DNA from: an uncultured Coriobacteriia bacterium | Lineage (GTDB): Bacteria > Actinomycetota > Coriobacteriia > Coriobacteriales > QAMH01 | NCBI GenBank assembly: GCA_948466335.1 | Contig: CAOKAE010000006.1 | Coordinates: 11,171-75,170, forward strand | DNA: 64,000 nt | Direction of reading: 5' to 3' | In this document: piece after piece, positions 7,402 to 18,279 of the stretch | Layout of the letters: each line of letters begins with the position of its first letter | How positions within the stretch are numbered: the stretch's first letter is position 1 | Translations under genes and position numbers: made by a program | The notes under the pieces: generated by a model | Database searches by the model: none | The model's input: only the letters and a program-made list of their open reading frames with translations | What the model was told of the DNA's origin: nothing

Positions 7402-9522
7402 CTAGTCCGAAAGCCCCATTTGGAGCAGGTATATCTCCTCGCGCATCTCCCGGGCGAGCGATTGGGTTATCTTGCCCGATTCGTACATCTCCTGAATCTC
7501 GTCAAGCTCGAGGCGAAGGCCCTCGGCCTGGACATCGGCAAAGCCGGGGAGGTCATCCGGGTCGGCTTCCGATTCCTCGACGCGCAGGCTTCCCGTGTCC
7601 GATCGCACGATGCTGTGCTGGCCCGCGCTCTCGGGAACGGACGAGATGATGCCCTGGGCGTTGTCGAGGGCACGGAGCTGGGCGCGCAGAGCAGATAGTA
7701 GGGCCTTGTGCTCGCTCAGGAGGGCAAGAGCGGCCTGCACGCGGTTGTCATCGGGCTCGTGGCTCACGACCTCGAGGTAATCCACCGCGACGCGTTCGAC
7801 GTCAATCTTGAATTCGAGTCTCTTGCGCGTCTCGTTCGTGCTCGCCACCTGGTTCTGAATCTTGCCCATGGCCGATGTGGTACCTGCAAGGGGTTTTGCC
7901 TGGCGCTTCGAGGTCAGCAACGTCTTCTTGCGCGTGAGCAGCTTGAGCATGCGGTCGACGCGCTTGAGGTATGTCGCCCCAAGGCGCCTGTCGACATTGT
8001 CATGGGCGATGGCATCCTTGATGAAATCCCGTTGATGCAGGAGCACCTCCTGACGCAGGAAGCGCAGTTGTCGGCTCGAGACGGAGCGACGGCGGGCTGC
8101 GGTGAGCCTGCGGTGGTACATGCGCATGACACGTCCCGTGGCCTGCTTGTTCTCCACTGTCTGCTGGCGTTTGAGGCCCGAGATGACGTTCTGGATCATC
8201 TCGATCTCGTGCTCGGGGTCGAGCTCGTCGGTTTCCTCGTCATCGGACTTGGGGGCTAGCACCGGCACGACGAAGTTGGCTAGCAGCAGCGTGACGACGA
8301 TGACGCCGCAGACGAGGAAGAGCAGCAGGTCGCGCTGGGGAAAGACGGCACCCGAGGCGACGGTGAAGGGTATGGTCGAGGCGATGGAGAGCGACACGGC
8401 TCCCTTGGGACCGCACAGCGTGGTCACCATCGCCTTGCGTACGGACGAACGTCCGAGCTTGAGGCGTTGGCCCGTCTCGGGATGGTTCGAGAGCAGGTCG
8501 GCGACGAGGATCCAGGCGAAGCGCACGCCGACGAGCACGGCGGTGAGTATGAACACGAGGCCGAAGATCCAGGCGAGGTCACCGGAATTCTCCTGAAGCG
8601 CGGGCGCGAGCGTGGAGGAGAGCACGATACCGAGGTTGGTGAATATGACGCCATTGAGCACGAACGAGAAGAGGCTCCAGACGTTCTGGGATGCGATGGA
8701 CAAGCGTGAGGAAAAGGTCGAGAACGAGCGGGAACGGGGCGTCATGAGTTGCGAGGCGTAGGAGAGGAACAGGCCCGCGGCCACGACCGCGAGAATGCCG
8801 CTCACATGGACCTGGGTCGCGACCAGGTAGATGAAGAAGGGGAGGAAGAGCTCGAAGCACACGTGGACGGTGGCGCTCTCGACGCCCGTGCGCCTCAGGT
8901 GGCGCATGATGAAGAAGGCGACCACGGCAAGCGCGAGGCCGAGGACGATACCGCCGAAGAACTCGACGAAGAAGGTCCAGCCGGCATCGGCGATCGAGAA
9001 ATAGCCCGTGACCGCCGCCGCGATGGCGAACTGGAACGAGACGATACCCGAGGCGTCGTTGAGCAACGCCTCGCCCAGAAGCGAGGCCTTCTGGCGGGTA
9101 CCGAGCTTGATGGTCTTGCCGAGCGAGGCGACCGCGACAGCGTCGGTGGGGCCGAGGGCGGCTCCGAGGGCGAACGCGGCGGCAAGCGAGATGGATGGGA
9201 CGAGCCAGTGCAGCACGAAGCCGACGATGAGGACGGAGACGACGACGAGCCCGATGGCGAGCGAAAGGACCGTGTTGCGGTTTTCCCACAGTATACGGTT
9301 GCTGATGTTTCGGGATTCGTCGAAGAGCAATGGCGCGATGAACATGACGAGGAACAGCTCGGAGTTGATGGTGACGTCGATGGGGAGGTCGACGAAGAGG
9401 TAGATGGCGACGCCGACGGCCATCTGTACCAGCGGCAGTGACACGCCGCGCAGGAACTGGTCGAGAACGGACGACACGAGAACGGCGCCGATGTAGAGCA
9501 ACGCTATGACCAGATATTCCAT
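7402..9522 (-). CDS. Na+/H+ (cation/proton) antiporter, CPA1 family, with long cytoplasmic C-terminal domain
   Basis: 706 aa. About 12 hydrophobic segments, with motifs such as FIAPLLFDES and GAALGPTDAVAV. The ~290-aa hydrophilic tail looks coiled-coil. Confidence 0.8.
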   Translation of the reverse strand: MEYLVIALLYIGAVLVSSVLDQFLRGVSLPLVQMAVGVAIYLFVDLPIDVTINSELFLVMFIAPLLFDESRNISNRILWENRNTVLSLAIGLVVVSVLIVGFVLHWLVPSISLAAAFALGAALGPTDAVAVASLGKTIKLGTRQKASLLGEALLNDASGIVSFQFAIAAAVTGYFSIADAGWTFFVEFFGGIVLGLALAVVAFFIMRHLRRTGVESATVHVCFELFLPFFIYLVATQVHVSGILAVVAAGLFLSYASQLMTPRSRSFSTFSSRLSIASQNVWSLFSFVLNGVIFTNLGIVLSSTLAPALQENSGDLAWIFGLVFILTAVLVGVRFAWILVADLLSNHPETGQRLKLGRSSVRKAMVTTLCGPKGAVSLSIASTIPFTVASGAVFPQRDLLLFLVCGVIVVTLLLANFVVPVLAPKSDDEETDELDPEHEIEMIQNVISGLKRQQTVENKQATGRVMRMYHRRLTAARRRSVSSRQLRFLRQEVLLHQRDFIKDAIAHDNVDRRLGATYLKRVDRMLKLLTRKKTLLTSKRQAKPLAGTTSAMGKIQNQVASTNETRKRLEFKIDVERVAVDYLEVVSHEPDDNRVQAALALLSEHKALLSALRAQLRALDNAQGIISSVPESAGQHSIVRSDTGSLRVEESEADPDDLPGFADVQAEGLRLELDEIQEMYESGKITQSLAREMREEIYLLQMGLSD

Positions 9523-9698
9523 GAGGCCTCTCGGATCCTTTCAGTCAACGGATTCTCGTACGTTAAGATAACTTTAAGGTATCGCATATCGTTCGTCTAT
9601 GGAGACGCGGACGTGAAAATTCCCCCATATTCCCGTTAAACGTCGCTTGTATTACAATGTCGCATTTACATGTAGGAAAGCGAGCGAGGATTTAGCAC

Positions 9699-10598
9699 AT
9701 GTTCATCGAGGCACTCAAGGCGTTTCTCATCGGTCTTGTCGAGGGTCTGACCGAATGGCTGCCCATTTCGTCGACTGGCCACATGATCCTCGTCGACGAG
9801 TTCGTCAAGCTCGACGTCTCCGACACCTTCCTCGAGCTCTTCCTCGTCGTGATCCAAATCGGCGCCATCATGGCCGTCATCATCTTGTACTTCACCAAGC
9901 TCAACCCCTTTTCGCGCAAGAAGACGCCCGTGCAGCGCAAGGAGACCTGGCACCTGTGGGGCATGGTGGTCATCGGCTGCATACCGGCCGCCATCGTCGG
10001 CCTGCTCTTCGATGACTGGGTGACGGAGCATCTTCACAATGCCTGGGTCGTGGCCGCCATGCTCATACTCTACGGTATCGTCTTCATCGTGCTCGAACGT
10101 CGCAATCGCCATCGCTACGTGCAGTTCGTCCACGATTCCGGTCAGCTCGAGCACAAGCCGAGCCCCGACGAGATGTTCCCGATCAAGACCGTCGACGAAA
10201 TTGGTCCCGCCGCCGCCATCAAGATCGGCCTGTTCCAGTGCCTGGCGATCATTCCCGGCACGAGTCGCAGCGGCGCGACCATTATCGGCGGCATGCTCAC
10301 CGGCTGCTCGCGCACGGCATCGGCCGAGTTCACCTTCTTCCTCGCCATCCCCATCATGTTCGGCTGGGGCATCGTCAAGGCCTTCAAGGCCTTTGTCACG
10401 GCGGGACTCGTCATGACGGCGACCGAGGTCGTCGTGCTCGTCGTCGGCATCGTCACGGCATTCGTCGTCTCGGTTCTCTCGATCAAGTTCCTCATGGGCT
10501 ACATCAAGAACAACGACTTCACCGCGTTCGGCGTCTATCGCATCATCATCGGCATCGTCGTCCTGGGCTACTTCGGCGTCAAGCTGATACTCGCCTAG
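9699..10598 (+). CDS. uppP: undecaprenyl-diphosphate phosphatase
   Basis: MFIEALKAFLIGLVEGLTEWLPISSTGHMILV and PGTSRSGATIIGG are BacA/UppP signatures. Confidence 0.93.
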   Translation: MFIEALKAFLIGLVEGLTEWLPISSTGHMILVDEFVKLDVSDTFLELFLVVIQIGAIMAVIILYFTKLNPFSRKKTPVQRKETWHLWGMVVIGCIPAAIVGLLFDDWVTEHLHNAWVVAAMLILYGIVFIVLERRNRHRYVQFVHDSGQLEHKPSPDEMFPIKTVDEIGPAAAIKIGLFQCLAIIPGTSRSGATIIGGMLTGCSRTASAEFTFFLAIPIMFGWGIVKAFKAFVTAGLVMTATEVVVLVVGIVTAFVVSVLSIKFLMGYIKNNDFTAFGVYRIIIGIVVLGYFGVKLILA

Positions 10599-10623
10599 GG
10601 ACGAGGGAGAAGAAGGGTCACAG

Positions 10624-11223
10624 ATGGAAGCGACCATACTCCTCGCCCTGCAGTCGTTGCGCCTGCCCGTGCTCACGCAGCTAGCCGCGCTTGTCTCTGC
10701 CCTTGGCAACTACGGCTTCATCTGGATCGTGCTCGGCATCGTGCTCATCATCTTCGTCGGCAGAAACGACGTTGGCGTTACGCTGCTCTTCACGGTGGTG
10801 CTTGCCGGCATCCTCGTCGGCTTCATACTCCAGCCCATCTTCGCCCACGTGCGTCCCTACGATGCGGGCATAGGCGTGAGCGCGGTCATGGGCGTGAGCC
10901 GCACCGGATACTCGTTCCCGAGCTTTCACGCGGCCACGTCATTTGCGGCGGCGACCGTCATCGCCATGATCGCCGGACGCCGCTGGGGAACCTGGGCCTT
11001 CGTCGGAGCGGTTCTCATTTCCCTGTCCCGCATCTACCTTGGCGTCGAGTGGCCATCTGACATCGTCGTCGGTGCCCTTGTCGGCGTTCTCGTCGGCGTT
11101 GTCTCAGCATGGGTTTACAATCAGTTCCTGCACGATCTCATCCGGGATTATCCCGGCATGAACCGTGCGAAGGGCGGGCGCAAGTCCGTCAGCACCACAT
11201 CCGCATCCCGTCGCAGGAAGTAA
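10624..11223 (+). CDS. PAP2-family membrane phosphatase
   Basis: PAP2 motifs are present: SFPSFHAATSF and SRIYLGVEWPSDIVVGALVG. Several TM segments. Confidence 0.8.
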   Translation: MEATILLALQSLRLPVLTQLAALVSALGNYGFIWIVLGIVLIIFVGRNDVGVTLLFTVVLAGILVGFILQPIFAHVRPYDAGIGVSAVMGVSRTGYSFPSFHAATSFAAATVIAMIAGRRWGTWAFVGAVLISLSRIYLGVEWPSDIVVGALVGVLVGVVSAWVYNQFLHDLIRDYPGMNRAKGGRKSVSTTSASRRRK

Positions 11224-11259
11224 TGTCCGTTTGCGTTGCCCAAGATGAAGGGAAGAAAC

Positions 11260-11534
11260 ATGACAGAGGACCAGAATGCCGAAATCGAGATCGGGAAACA
11301 TCGTGCCGTGATCGACTCGCTTGACGAGCAGATCGTCGCGCTCCTCAACAAGCGCGCCACCGAGTCGCTTGCCATCCGCATGCTCAAGCCGCAGGCGCAG
11401 ATGGGTCTCTACGACCCCAAGCGCGAGGAGGAGATCTTCACCCGCCTCGAGGCTCTCAACGATGGTCCCATGTACAACGACGACGTTCGCGAAATCTACG
11501 CGACCATCCTCAAGGTCATGAAGGAGATCCGCGC

Positions 11535-11538
<4 letters not shown>
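11260..11538 (+). CDS. chorismate mutase (AroQ type)
   Basis: IDSLDEQIVALLNKRATESLAIRMLK...YDPKREEEIFTRL. The ATG at 11260 follows RBS GAAGGGAAG; the track ORF begins at TTG 11236. The stop overlaps the next start (ATGA). Confidence 0.8.
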
Positions 11539-12319
<781 letters not shown>

Positions 12320-12320
<1 letters not shown>

Positions 12321-14617
12321 TGGTCGACCTCTCAACGCTCAACGACGCTCAGAGGGAGGCGGTCCTTACATGCGAGGGGCCGCTTCTCGTTTTGGCGGGC
12401 GCGGGAAGCGGCAAGACGCGCGTGCTCACCTACCGCATCGCGCACCTGGTCGAAGACTGCGACATCGCGCCGTGGAACATCCTTGCCGTCACCTTCACCA
12501 ACAAGGCGGCACGGGAGATGCGCGATAGGCTTTCCGCACTCGTGCCCGGCCGGCTGCGCGGCATGTGGATCTACACCTTCCATAGCATGTGCGTGCGCAT
12601 ATTGCGCGCCAACGCCACGGTGTTGGGCTATGGCGAGGACTTCACGATATACGATTCCGACGATTCCAAGCGCCTCATCAAGGACATCATGGCCGATTAC
12701 GGCTATACGGGACGCAGTTTCTCGGAAAACGCGATACGTTCGCGCATATCTGCATGCAAAAACGAGCTCGTGGGTGCGCAGGACTACAAGCCACGCGCAA
12801 ACGACCCGCTCGACAAGGCGACGGCCGAGGTGTTCAAGGCCTACCAGCAGCGCCTCAAGCGTGCCAACGCGATGGACTTCGACGACCTGCTCGTCAACGT
12901 CTACACGCTGCTTTCGCAGCACCCGGACGTATGTCGGGAGTACGGTCAGCGTTTCCGCTACATCCTCGTCGACGAGTACCAGGACACGAACCGTGCCCAG
13001 TACGAGATAACCAAGCTCCTCGCCGCAGAACACGGCAACCTCATGGTCGTTGGCGATGATGACCAGTCGATCTATTCATGGCGCGGAGCCGACATTCGCA
13101 ACATCCTCGACTTCGAGAGAGATTGGCCCGAGGTCAAGATCGTGAAGCTCGAGGAGAACTACCGTTCCACCGCCACGATTCTCTCATGCGCCAACGCCGT
13201 CATCGCGCACAACCAGTCACGCAAGAGCAAGGAGCTCTACACCCGCGGCGAGCAGGGCGAGAAGGTTGCCGTCTTTCTGGCGGCAGACGAGCGCGACGAG
13301 GGCCGCTGGATTGCCGCGATGGCAGACGACCTGCATGGGAAGGGAAGCCGTTACGGCGACATTGCCGTCTTCTATCGCACGAATGCGCAATCGCGCATAC
13401 TCGAGGACATGTTCCTACGTGCCGGCGTGCCCTATCGCATCGTCGGGGGCACGCGCTTCTTCGACCGTGCCGAGATCCGCGATGTCATGGCCTACCTCAA
13501 GGTCACCGTCAATCCGGCCGATGACGTGAGTTGCATGCGCATCATCAACACGCCCCGGCGCGGCATCGGCAAAACGAGCGTCGAGCAAATCTCGCTCACG
13601 GCCATGCAGCGCGACATGACCTTTCTCGAAGCCGCGCGCGAGGAGGCCCTTGACCCGGCCTGCCGTCCGGCCACGCGGCGCGCCCTCGAGGGATTCCTCG
13701 CCCTCATCGACGAGGCGAGCTCGTATACGGGCGACCTCTATGCCGTCGTCGACATGATTGTCGAGAAGACCGGCCTCATCGAGGCCCTTGAGGCGCAGAA
13801 CACGGACGAGGCGCGCGGGCGCATCGAGAACATCCGCGAGTTTCTGGGCGTCGTGCGCGATTACATGGACGAACACGAGCTCGTCCCCGATCGTGGTCTG
13901 CATGACGCGATGGACGGAGAGGTGGGCTATCGCGAACCGCGTCTCGGTGACTTCATGGAGTGGCTGAGCCTGAGAACCGACCTCGACTCCCTGGATGGCG
14001 ACGAGCACGACGCCGTCACCTTCATGACGGTGCATTCGGCCAAGGGCCTCGAGTTCGACAACGTTTTCGTCGCCGGTATGGAGGAGTCCATCTTCCCGCA
14101 CACGGCATCGATGCTCGAAAACGGCGTCGAGGAAGAGCGGCGTCTTGCCTATGTGGCCATCACGCGCGCCCGCAAACGGCTCTTCCTCACCTGCGCCGCC
14201 CGCAGGCGCATCTTCAACGACCTGCAGGCCAACGCCCGCAGCCGCTTCATCTCCGAAATGCCCGAGGAACTACTGACCTCCGAAGGCGTGGGTTCGCTCG
14301 GGTACTCGGGCACCGGTTGGGAGAAGCGCGGCGATCGTCGGGGCATATCCGGCAGCGGCCAGGGCGAGGAGATGTACGGTGGTCGCGTGTATGGAAGCGG
14401 TGGTTACGCGGCGGCCCACGATACGTCACGTGACGAAGCGGCCAAACCCGCAGCGGCATCTTCCGATTTCGCCGAAGGCGATCGCGTCGAGCACAAGACG
14501 TTCGGTCCCGGCGTCGTGGTTGGAATCGAGGGTGACAAGGTCTCGGTCTACTTCAAGAAGAGCGGCAAGACCAAGACGCTTCTCAAGGGATATGCCCCCA
14601 TCGTGAAGCTGGGGTAA
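12320..14617 (+). CDS. pcrA: ATP-dependent DNA helicase PcrA/UvrD family
   Basis: LNDAQREAVL..GPLLVLAGAGSGKTRVLTYRIAHL, ILVDEYQDTN and TVHSAKGLEF..VF helicase motifs. GTG start overlaps the aroF stop. Confidence 0.92.
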
Positions 14618-14657
14618 AGGTATAATCGCTATAACTCGATCTCAAGGAGAGGCACTT

Positions 14658-15584
14658 ATGGCACAGATTTACGTAGTTGGACACAAGAATCCCGATAACG
14701 ACTCGATCATGGCGGCATATGCCTACGCCAACCTCAAGAACATGACCGATGCCGATAACCAGTACGTCCCCGTGCGCCTGGGCGACTTGCCCGCAGAAAG
14801 CGCGATGATTTTCGAGGAGTACGGTATCGAGCCGCCCGCGCTCATCGAGCGCGTGGGGGAGGGCGACGTGCTCGTGCTCGTCGACCATAACGAGATGGGC
14901 CAGGCCGTCGATGGCATCGAGGATGCCGAGGTCGCCGAAATCATCGACCATCACCGCATCGCCGATGTCTCCACCTCGGCGCCCATCACCTTCATCAACC
15001 TGCCCTGGGGCTCGACCACTTCGATCATCACGAAGCTCTACGAGTACTTCGGCATCGACACCGACAAGCAGATCGCGGCATGCCTGCTCTCTGCCATACT
15101 CACCGACACTGTCATCCTCAAGTCGCCCACGGCGACGAAGACCGATGCCAAGCACGTCGAGAAGCTCGCCAAGGTGCTCGACGTCGACCCGGTCGAGTTC
15201 GGCATGAAGATCTTCAAGTCCCGCGGGGGCGACGATGACGTTGCCGTCGAGGACATCTGCGGCCGCGATTCCAAGGAGTTCAACTTCGGCGGCAAGAAGT
15301 GCTGGATTGCCCAGTACGAGACCGTCGACCTCGATGGTCTGCGCGCCCGCACGGCAGATATCGCCGCACAGGTTGCCAAGATCCAGGAAGAGGGCGGCTA
15401 TGACGCGGCTCTCATGCTCCTGACCGACATCATCGTCGAGGGCAGCGACTTCATCGCGGCCGGCGACACCGACTTCATCGCCGACGCCTTCGAGATTTCC
15501 TTCGACGATGGCCCCGTCTGGATGCCCGGCGTGCTTTCGCGCAAGAAGCAGGTGGCCGCCAAGCTCATCGACTATGCTGGCTAG
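14658..15584 (+). CDS. ppaC: manganese-dependent inorganic pyrophosphatase (family II, DHH)
   Basis: VVGHKNPDNDSIMAAYAYANL and DHHRIADV motifs. 308 aa. RBS AAGGAGAGG. Confidence 0.92.
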   Translation: MAQIYVVGHKNPDNDSIMAAYAYANLKNMTDADNQYVPVRLGDLPAESAMIFEEYGIEPPALIERVGEGDVLVLVDHNEMGQAVDGIEDAEVAEIIDHHRIADVSTSAPITFINLPWGSTTSIITKLYEYFGIDTDKQIAACLLSAILTDTVILKSPTATKTDAKHVEKLAKVLDVDPVEFGMKIFKSRGGDDDVAVEDICGRDSKEFNFGGKKCWIAQYETVDLDGLRARTADIAAQVAKIQEEGGYDAALMLLTDIIVEGSDFIAAGDTDFIADAFEISFDDGPVWMPGVLSRKKQVAAKLIDYAG

Positions 15585-15602
15585 ATAGCGTTGCAATAGG
15601 GC

Positions 15603-16397
15603 ATGGAGGCCATCCAGAACACATACCTGTATCACCACGGCGGCTATCTGCTCGTTGCCGCCGTGGGCGTGCTCACGATCGTCGCCTCCATCATCCTCGC
15701 CCACATCCTCGTGAAGGTGATGTACAAGGCTCTCAAGAAGACGACGGGCGGCGAAGTGGGCGGTTCCATCGTCGCCAACATCATCCGCATCGCCGTTTTC
15801 TTCGTATGTGTCTCCTGCATCCTCAAGTGGTGCTTCAACTACAACACCTCCGTGCTCTGGGGCGCGCTCGGCGTTGGCGGCATCGCGCTCTCGCTCGGCC
15901 TGCAAAACACCGTATCGAATCTCATAGGCGGCCTTCAGATGTCGCTGTCCCGCGACTTCGCCTTTGGGGACTGGATCAAGGTCGGAAACATCACTGGCCA
16001 GATCAACGACATCACCTGGCGTGTCGTGAAGATGCGCGATTCCGACGAGAACAGCTACATCATTCCCAACTCGGTCTTCAACACGAACGCCATCGTCGTC
16101 CTGCCGCCCTTCCAGACCACCGACCTGCCCGTCGAGTTCTCGAACACGGCCGACCTCGACGCCATCACGAGGGATTTGCCCGAGCTCGCCTACGAGGCAC
16201 TCAAGAAGGCCGGCTACCTCTACCAGGATATGAAGCCCGAGCTTTCCCTCGATGGGGCGGGCCTCAACTCGATCAACGCGACGCTCGAGGTCTACACCGA
16301 CTACAAGTACGAGTCGATCGACATCAGGGAATGCGTCATGGCATCCGTCCTCGATTACCTCAAGTCAAACAAGGCACTCGCATCCTATACCGAATAA
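15603..16397 (+). CDS. mechanosensitive ion channel (MscS family)
   Basis: TM segments, then LSLGLQNTVSNLIGGLQMSLSRDFAFGDWIKVGNITGQINDITWRVVKMRD..NSYIIPNS. Confidence 0.85.
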   Translation: MEAIQNTYLYHHGGYLLVAAVGVLTIVASIILAHILVKVMYKALKKTTGGEVGGSIVANIIRIAVFFVCVSCILKWCFNYNTSVLWGALGVGGIALSLGLQNTVSNLIGGLQMSLSRDFAFGDWIKVGNITGQINDITWRVVKMRDSDENSYIIPNSVFNTNAIVVLPPFQTTDLPVEFSNTADLDAITRDLPELAYEALKKAGYLYQDMKPELSLDGAGLNSINATLEVYTDYKYESIDIRECVMASVLDYLKSNKALASYTE

Positions 16398-16492
16398 CGC
16401 GACCTACCCCGTTCTTCTCGCGCATCACGCATTCCCGTTCGGCTAAAATAGTTGCTTCGTATGCAATCTGCCTGAAAGGAATCGGATTTCCC

Positions 16493-18262
16493 GTGCGCGC
16501 GCTAGTAGAAGACATCATCACCTCCGCCATCGAATCGGCCATCAAGTCCGGTGAGCTTCCTCTCGAGGAAACCCCCGCCGCCGAAGTGGAAAGGCCCCGT
16601 GACCTTGCCCATGGCGACTGGGCCAGTTCGGTCGCCCTGCGTTGCGCCAAGCAGGCACATATGAACCCCCGCGACATCGCGCAGGTCATCGTCACGCATA
16701 TCGCCGCGTCCCCCGAGGTTGACTCCGTCGAGATCGCGGGGCCGGGCTTCATCAACATCAAGCTCTCCGATGCCGCGCTGCAAAGCATATTCCGCGCCGT
16801 GCGCAGCGAGGACAGGCGTTACGGTTCGAGTTACGCCGGTGATGGCGTCAAGGTTGACCTCGAGTTCATCTCCGCCAACCCTACCGGTCCCATGCACCTG
16901 GGCCATGGCCGCTGGGCTGCGCTGGGCGATGCCATGGCAAACGTACTGGCCTTCGCCGGCTATGACGTGACCCGCGAGTTCTACATCAACGACGCGGGCA
17001 ACCAGATGGACATCTTTGCCGAATCGGTCGCCTTGCGCTATCTGCAGGTCGCGCGCCTCATCGCCGATGGTGCCGCGACAGATGTCGAGGGTGCCTACAA
17101 GGTCATCATCGATAACATGGAATCCTATCGCGCCGAACTTCCCGAGAACTGCTACGCCGGCGCCTACGTTATCGACATTGCCGGCATCATCTACGACGCC
17201 GAAGGCGACGCCTGGGTCAATGCCGATGCTCACGAGCGCGCCGCCTATTTCAAGGAGCTTGCGTACAAGACGGTCTTCGAGCATACGAAGGAGCTGCTCG
17301 CCGGCTTCGGTCTCGAGTTCGACGTCTGGTATTCCGAGCGTAGCACCTACGCAAAGGACGAGGATGGCTCCTCGCGCCTCACCCGTGCGCTCGACGCGCT
17401 GCGCGAGAGGGGATACCTCTACGACAAGGACGATGCCGTATGGTTCAGGACCACGGACTTTGGCGACGACAAGGACCGCGTGCTCGTCAAGGCCGATGGC
17501 AGCTACACGTACTTCGCGCCCGATATCGCCTACCACAAGAACAAGTTCGACCGCGGCTTCGATCGTTGCATCGACATACTCGGCGCCGACCATCACGGCT
17601 ACATCAAGCGCATCCAATCCGTTGGCCATGTTTTTGACCATCCTGGTCAGCCCGAGGTCGTCATCGGCCAGATGGTCAACCTCTTCCGTGATGGCGAGCC
17701 CGTACGCATGTCCAAGCGTACGGGCGAGATGGTGAGCTTCGAGGAGGTCCTTGACGAGGTGGGGGCCGACGCTACGCGTTTCCTCATGCTCGCACGTTCG
17801 ACCGACCAGGCAATCGACTTCGATATCGAACAGGCCAAGAAGCAGGACTCGACCAATCCGGTCTACTACGTCCAATATGCGCATGCGCGCATATGCTCGA
17901 TCCTGCGCAAGGCCGCGAACGTCGAGGACGCAAAGGCCGATCCCGATGCGATCGCCGCCTCGCTCATACCGCAAGACGCCGACCTCTCGCCGCTCACGCA
18001 CGAGGCGGAGCTCGCGCTTGCGCGCCGCATCGACGAGTTCGGAGAGCTCGTCGCAGGTTGCGCACGCGACCTCGCGCCCTTCAGGCTCACGCACTACGCG
18101 ACGAGCCTTGCGAGCGAGTTCCACCAGTTCTACACGCAATGCCATGTCATCGGCGATGACGAGAAGCTCACGACGGCACGTCTCTATGTCTGCGACGCGA
18201 CGCGACGCGTTCTGCGAAACGCCCTCGCCCTTCTGGGCGTGTCCGCACCCACGAGTATGTAA
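16493..18262 (+). CDS. argS: arginine--tRNA ligase
   Basis: FISANPTGPMHLGHGR (HIGH region), MSKRTG (KMSKS) and a C-terminal DALR-type anticodon domain ending in ...SM. The GTG at 16493 (RBS AAAGGA) is in frame with track ORF 15806..18262. The upstream 229 codons of that ORF overlap mscS and are Arg/His-rich noise. Confidence 0.9.
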   Translation: MRALVEDIITSAIESAIKSGELPLEETPAAEVERPRDLAHGDWASSVALRCAKQAHMNPRDIAQVIVTHIAASPEVDSVEIAGPGFINIKLSDAALQSIFRAVRSEDRRYGSSYAGDGVKVDLEFISANPTGPMHLGHGRWAALGDAMANVLAFAGYDVTREFYINDAGNQMDIFAESVALRYLQVARLIADGAATDVEGAYKVIIDNMESYRAELPENCYAGAYVIDIAGIIYDAEGDAWVNADAHERAAYFKELAYKTVFEHTKELLAGFGLEFDVWYSERSTYAKDEDGSSRLTRALDALRERGYLYDKDDAVWFRTTDFGDDKDRVLVKADGSYTYFAPDIAYHKNKFDRGFDRCIDILGADHHGYIKRIQSVGHVFDHPGQPEVVIGQMVNLFRDGEPVRMSKRTGEMVSFEEVLDEVGADATRFLMLARSTDQAIDFDIEQAKKQDSTNPVYYVQYAHARICSILRKAANVEDAKADPDAIAASLIPQDADLSPLTHEAELALARRIDEFGELVAGCARDLAPFRLTHYATSLASEFHQFYTQCHVIGDDEKLTTARLYVCDATRRVLRNALALLGVSAPTSM

Positions 18263-18279
18263 CGAAGGAGAAGCCCACC

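Noticed and set aside
15806-16492. N-terminal 229-codon extension of the argS ORF (818 aa in the track).
   Set aside because: It overlaps the mscS-like gene in another frame and is His/Arg/Pro-rich. ArgS homology begins at the GTG at 16493, which has an RBS. The extension is a read-through artefact of ORF calling.
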